Assembly (NCBI RefSeq): GCF_021028975.2
Contig: NC_059425.1
Location: 189,038,001 to 189,102,000, forward strand
Direction of reading: 5' to 3'
DNA length: 64,000 nt
Source of the DNA: Sphaerodactylus townsendi
Taxonomy: Eukaryota
Of the stretch, positions 59,911 through 64,000 are shown piece after piece. The position numbers and the translations under genes were made by a program. Below the pieces are notes generated by a model. It worked only from the letters and a program-made list of their open reading frames with translations, did no database searches and was not told the origin of the DNA. Position 1 is the first letter of the stretch. Each line of letters starts with the position of its first letter.

Positions 59911-61727
59911 TTAGGTGGGACTCCTGTCCCCACTCCTCTTCATCATTGCTATGATTCGGCTCTCTATAATTCTGAGAGAAAGCAAGGTCAAGGGATATCA
60001 GACAGCAAGAAACTCACCAAAAGTTTCACACCTTCTATATACATGGATGACCTCAAAGCTCTATGGAAAATCAAGAAGCAGAGATTGAGTCACTACTGGA
60101 ACACAGTGAGAGTCTTTAGCACTGACATTGCAATGGATTTTGGACTTGACAGAGTGTGCAACTTTGGAACTCAGTAAAGGATGAGAAGCTTGCAGCATCT
60201 GCGAGGGTGTGAATATGCCAAATGACATAGAAATAAAAGAGCTTACCAGTGAATGAAAGCTACAAATGCCCAGGGGATACTGCAGAAGCCAGAGGAACAT
60301 CAAAGCATGCAGAAGTCAAAGGCATGCCAATTAGGAAGGAATATCTTAGAAGAGAGGTAAGAAAAAATTTTGAAATCAAAGTTAAATGGAGAGAGGAAAT
60401 ACAATAAAAGAGCAATTAATAATACTTGAAGTGGTGCCTGTGAAAGTACGCTTCTACACTGCGTTGGCATAATTAGCCAACTGGACACAGAAGCCGAATT
60501 GGACATCCTGGACCAGAAAAACAAGGAAAATTATGCACCATCAATCGAAGGCACTGCATCCAAGAGTGATGTAGACAGGACTCTACCTAGCAAGGTCAGG
60601 AAAAGGAAGGGAGGAGGGGACTGCTCCATCATCAAGCAATCAGTCAGAGGAGGAAGAGAAAAGAAGGCCTGAAAAAATACATCCAAAAGAAGTCAAGGAG
60701 CCAGCATTGAAAGGAAGTCCACAAGGCTGAGATGCTGAGAAAGCCAAAAGAATCAAAAGAGTATAGGAGTCCAACAGTTTAAAACCACGAAAGGAGACAG
60801 TGGCTAAACAAGCCACTCCATGGGCCAGTACTTTAAGAACATTGGAAGGGAAGGTTGACAGCAAGAAAACATGGGAGTGGAAATCAGAAGGGGAACTCTG
60901 AAAGAAGGAAACTAGAGAAGGAGCCTGATTTTTGCTGCCCAGGAGGAGCAAGGCATTAGGACAGGAATGTCACAATAAAGACACGAATCAGAAAAGTCCT
61001 ACAATGACCCAAAGTGCCCGTCTCTGCAAAGGAGGGTGATGAAACCAAGTGGAGCACATCATCTGCTGTTGTAAAGAGAAAATAGCCCAAACTGACTATC
61101 TCGAGGCGTCACAATAGGAAGCTAGCTTGAAAGCAATGGTGCACTGGAACCTTTGCAAAAAGTCACGGCCCTGCCCTGTAGCTAAGAGACCTGGAAATGC
61201 AGAAGGCCACAAGCCAGAGAAGACCACAGAAGTAATGAGAGAAGCAAAAAAATGCTCTGGGACTTTAGAATACAAACAGACCAGACACCTGGCACACAAC
61301 ACCCCAGACATAACAGTGATAGAGAAAAAACATGTTTGGATCATAGGTCCATGGGTTGCATGTGCCAGTTGACGCCAGCAGGGTAGTCAGGAGACAAAAG
61401 AGAGCTGGAAAAGATCACAAAATACAAGGGACAACCCTACAAATTGAAGTTGAAGCGATTGCTTGGCAGAAAAGAGACAACAGTAATCCACAGTAGTAGT
61501 GGGTGCTCTAGGAGGAATCCCAAGAAATCTTGAGAAAAAAAACAACTGGAAAGCCTAAAGCTTGGACCAGAACATCAGTCCACATGCTGCAGAAAGCAGC
61601 TTGCTTCTAGGAAACTGCAAACATTCTACATAAAGTACCTCTACAATATCCTAGGTCCTTGGGAGCCAAGAGGACTTCGATATTCAAGGATGAATTCGAG
61701 ACACTTGTGCTGTGTTTATTTATGTGT
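59911..61727 (+). mobile_element. Dong/R4-clade non-LTR retrotransposon, 5'-truncated and frameshifted
   Basis: RT motif GDSLSPLLFIIAM-like at about 59915 and YMDDLK at 60040; zinc knuckle KCRLC...VEHIICCC; RHN...VHWNLCK; restriction-like endonuclease HNTPDITVIEKK...VVVGALG. Flanked by TAA repeats. Confidence 0.9.
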
Positions 61728-62580
61728 ATAATAATGTAATAGAAGCCTTTATTTGGCATATAACAATAATCATAACACAATAAAACCACCTGGGATAAAA
61801 GGTACACAAATACAAAGGTTTTTTTAGAGATGGGAGATATAGAATTGGCTTGACTGTGCATCACCTCCAGTAAAAATCGTGCTACCAATTCACAAGTTTC
61901 ATTGTCAGAATTGTCCAGAAGGAAAGGAAGTCTACCTGATTCTCCCACTCCACTAGGTATCCTAGAAAGACTATTGGAATATTTTGATCTGATATTAGCA
62001 GATTTAGGGCAGCAAAGCAGTTGATGTGCCAATGTTTCGATTTGTTGTTCACCACAAGAGCATACCCTTTCTCTCATTTCCAAGTTGTTAAATCCACCAC
62101 GCAATAAAGCGGAGGGGAAAACATTTAAGCGAGCAAGTGTGAGGGCTCGCAAATCATTATTATTCAGCAAGTGAGGTAGTCTGTAGTATTCTGGCAATTG
62201 CAAACAGCTCGCCAAAATCGTATCCTTATACTTTAACCTAGTCTTTTCATGTCTGGGACATTCAAATAGGTAATGCATAAGCATTTCCACACTGCCATTA
62301 ACACAGGGACAGAATCTTTTAGTATGTTCAGTTTTTTTATATCTACCAGTTAGGAAGGCTGATGGTAATGCATTCAACCTTGCAGTTGCCAGGGCTCGTC
62401 TTTGCTTAGGATTTGGCAAAAGACGGAAGAACGTTGCCATGTGCCAGGATCAACATGCTAGTTGGGGAACACCTGTTCTTGGCCGCCAGCTTTAAGCTTT
62501 GGAACTCTCAAGTCCAACAATCTTTGTTCAGCCATTTTGAAGGCCTCATCAAAACAGGGCATATTCAGTAAGTCCACTGA
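61728..62580 (-). mobile_element. Two nested RTE-X-like 3' fragments (the outer one resumes at 59770-59606)
   Basis: ORF 61607-62440 has two consecutive RAL..ARLN..PSA...R.C.C...E...H.L..CP modules; ATGCCA(A)ATAAAGGCT tails at about 61750 and 59625. Confidence 0.8.
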
Positions 62581-62592
62581 ATGGTCAACAAC

Positions 62593-62800
62593 AAAATGTC
62601 CTATTGTTAACCCACCTTGCTCAAGTCTTGCAACCTGAAGGCCACAACCTCTTTTCTTAAGTCAATCCCTCTCATATTGGGTCTTCCTTATTTCCTGCCG
62701 CCTTCAACTTTTCCTAACATTATTGTCTGTTCCAGTGACTCTTGTCTTGTGATGTGATCAAAGTACGATAGCCTCAGTTTAATCATTCTCGCTTCTAACA
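62593..62800 (-). mobile_element. BovB-like RTE LINE C-terminal fragment (3' tip at about 59305-59380)
   Basis: The minus strand reads LEARMIKLRLSYFDHITRQESLEQTIMLGKVEGGRK*GRPNMRGID. Confidence 0.85.
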
Positions 62801-63462
62801 CTATGGCTCACTGGATCGTGTTTAATTGCTTCTTGCTGGCATCTCCACTGACAATAGATGTTAGATCTGTATCTGGTTATGGTAATCTGTGTTGTATATC
62901 TTTTCTAAAAAGTGGGTGGGGTAGAGTTATGCCTAGTCTCAAAGCTCATAATGTTCTTTCTAAAAAAAATGCACTCACATGCTTATATTCCAATTACATC
63001 ATTCCAGTTTCAGCCGCCTTACAAGCTATTACAGAAGACTGTTTTCACAGATATTGTCTCTCCCCCATCTCCTTCCTGTTTAGTGACCTGCTGAAAGAGT
63101 GACAAAGGTCCCTGTTAATCACAGAAAGTACTTGCAGGGTTTTGTACACTAAAGGCAGATTTCTTGGTCATTCTCTTGATCCAGTTTCTAACTCTGATTT
63201 TAACCATTCACAACTGTCCTTCTCCAAAGATTCCCCCCCAAAAAACTGCCATAAACATGAGAAATGAGTGGGGGATTGTTTTGTTTTTAATCTCACCAAA
63301 AGCACTAAGTGCCCACGGTGCCCTTTAAAAGTCTTCCTTGAAACCCAATACTGTTTTTCAGGACTTGTCTTGGGTAGCAATCGTTAATTGTAAATTGAGA
63401 AACAGCTGTGATTTTCCATAACTGGAAAAACCAGATGCACCAAATACTTTCGTTAAAGGGAT

Positions 63463-63464
63463 AT

Positions 63465-63515
<51 letters not shown>

Positions 63516-63516
63516 T
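63463..63516. repeat. (ATTT)n microsatellite, probably a LINE tail
   Basis: Directly visible, followed by L2-like AAACTGCCTCATCCCCGAAGGGCTC. Confidence 0.9.
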
Positions 63517-63678
63517 ATTTCATAAACTGCCTCATCCCCGAAGGGCTCTAGCACTATCTGAAGGGGGAGCACTAGAAGAGATTTGCTTTCTTAAAAGCTT
63601 TCCAGAAGCGATCAACGTATCAACTACATGCATAGCGAAAAATGTGGTGGTTATTCGACAAAAAGAACACAGGTTGAT

Positions 63679-63702
63679 AGACAGACAGACAGACAGACAG
63701 AC

Positions 63703-63744
<42 letters not shown>
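63679..63744. repeat. (AGAC)n microsatellite
   Basis: Directly visible. Confidence 0.95.
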
Positions 63745-64000
63745 TCCTATCAGCTGATTTAGGGTGCTTTGCTGATTTTTTTCCCCGGCATCCGACCACA
63801 CTTCCAAACCAAAACAAATGTCTGCGATTCCCTGCCTAGTAGAATCTGATCACAAATTAAAAATGCCAAAAATGGAGCGATGCCAGATTACTTTGTTTGC
63901 TGTGTGAAATTCTGAAAAGTTTGCTTGTTTGAGCACTTGTTTTTTACAGATGGGATTCTTTTTTGAATTCCTGAGTCACACACATTCTTTGTTGTCAGCA

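Overview
Vertebrate genomic DNA, not prokaryotic. The repeat content (Squam3-like tRNA/CORE SINEs, 5S-Sauria-like SINEs, CR1, L2, RTE-X, BovB-like RTE, Dong/R4, Penelope, and hAT, Harbinger and Tc2-type MITEs) points to a squamate reptile, probably a gecko. The window is almost entirely intronic sequence of EHBP1 (EH domain-binding protein 1), identified by comparison with the human protein as recalled from memory. Three exons are recognisable. Two calponin-homology (CH) domain exons lie on the + strand (45222-45405, 46133-46183) and carry frameshifting indels. A more C-terminal exon (KMSELPSYSEMAAEKLKERSKASG) lies on the - strand (6695-6766, running into an N gap). This order and orientation cannot form one collinear gene, so the scaffold is most likely mis-oriented across one of its N gaps, or less likely carries a real inversion. 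Indel-rich patches suggest gaps were filled with unpolished long reads. Long TE-poor blocks with homeodomain, TALE and Sox motifs resemble conserved non-coding elements; the human gene neighbours OTX1. Other notable items are an unexplained ~450-nt segment densely tiled with stem-loops (24600-25060), Penelope-borne minimal hammerhead ribozymes, and a four-layer nest of non-LTR retrotransposons (59300-62800). No CRISPR arrays, operons or true rRNA/tRNA genes were seen. Most ORFs in the supplied track are spurious. I found no convincing new multi-gene system; the structured segment is the best candidate for something undescribed.
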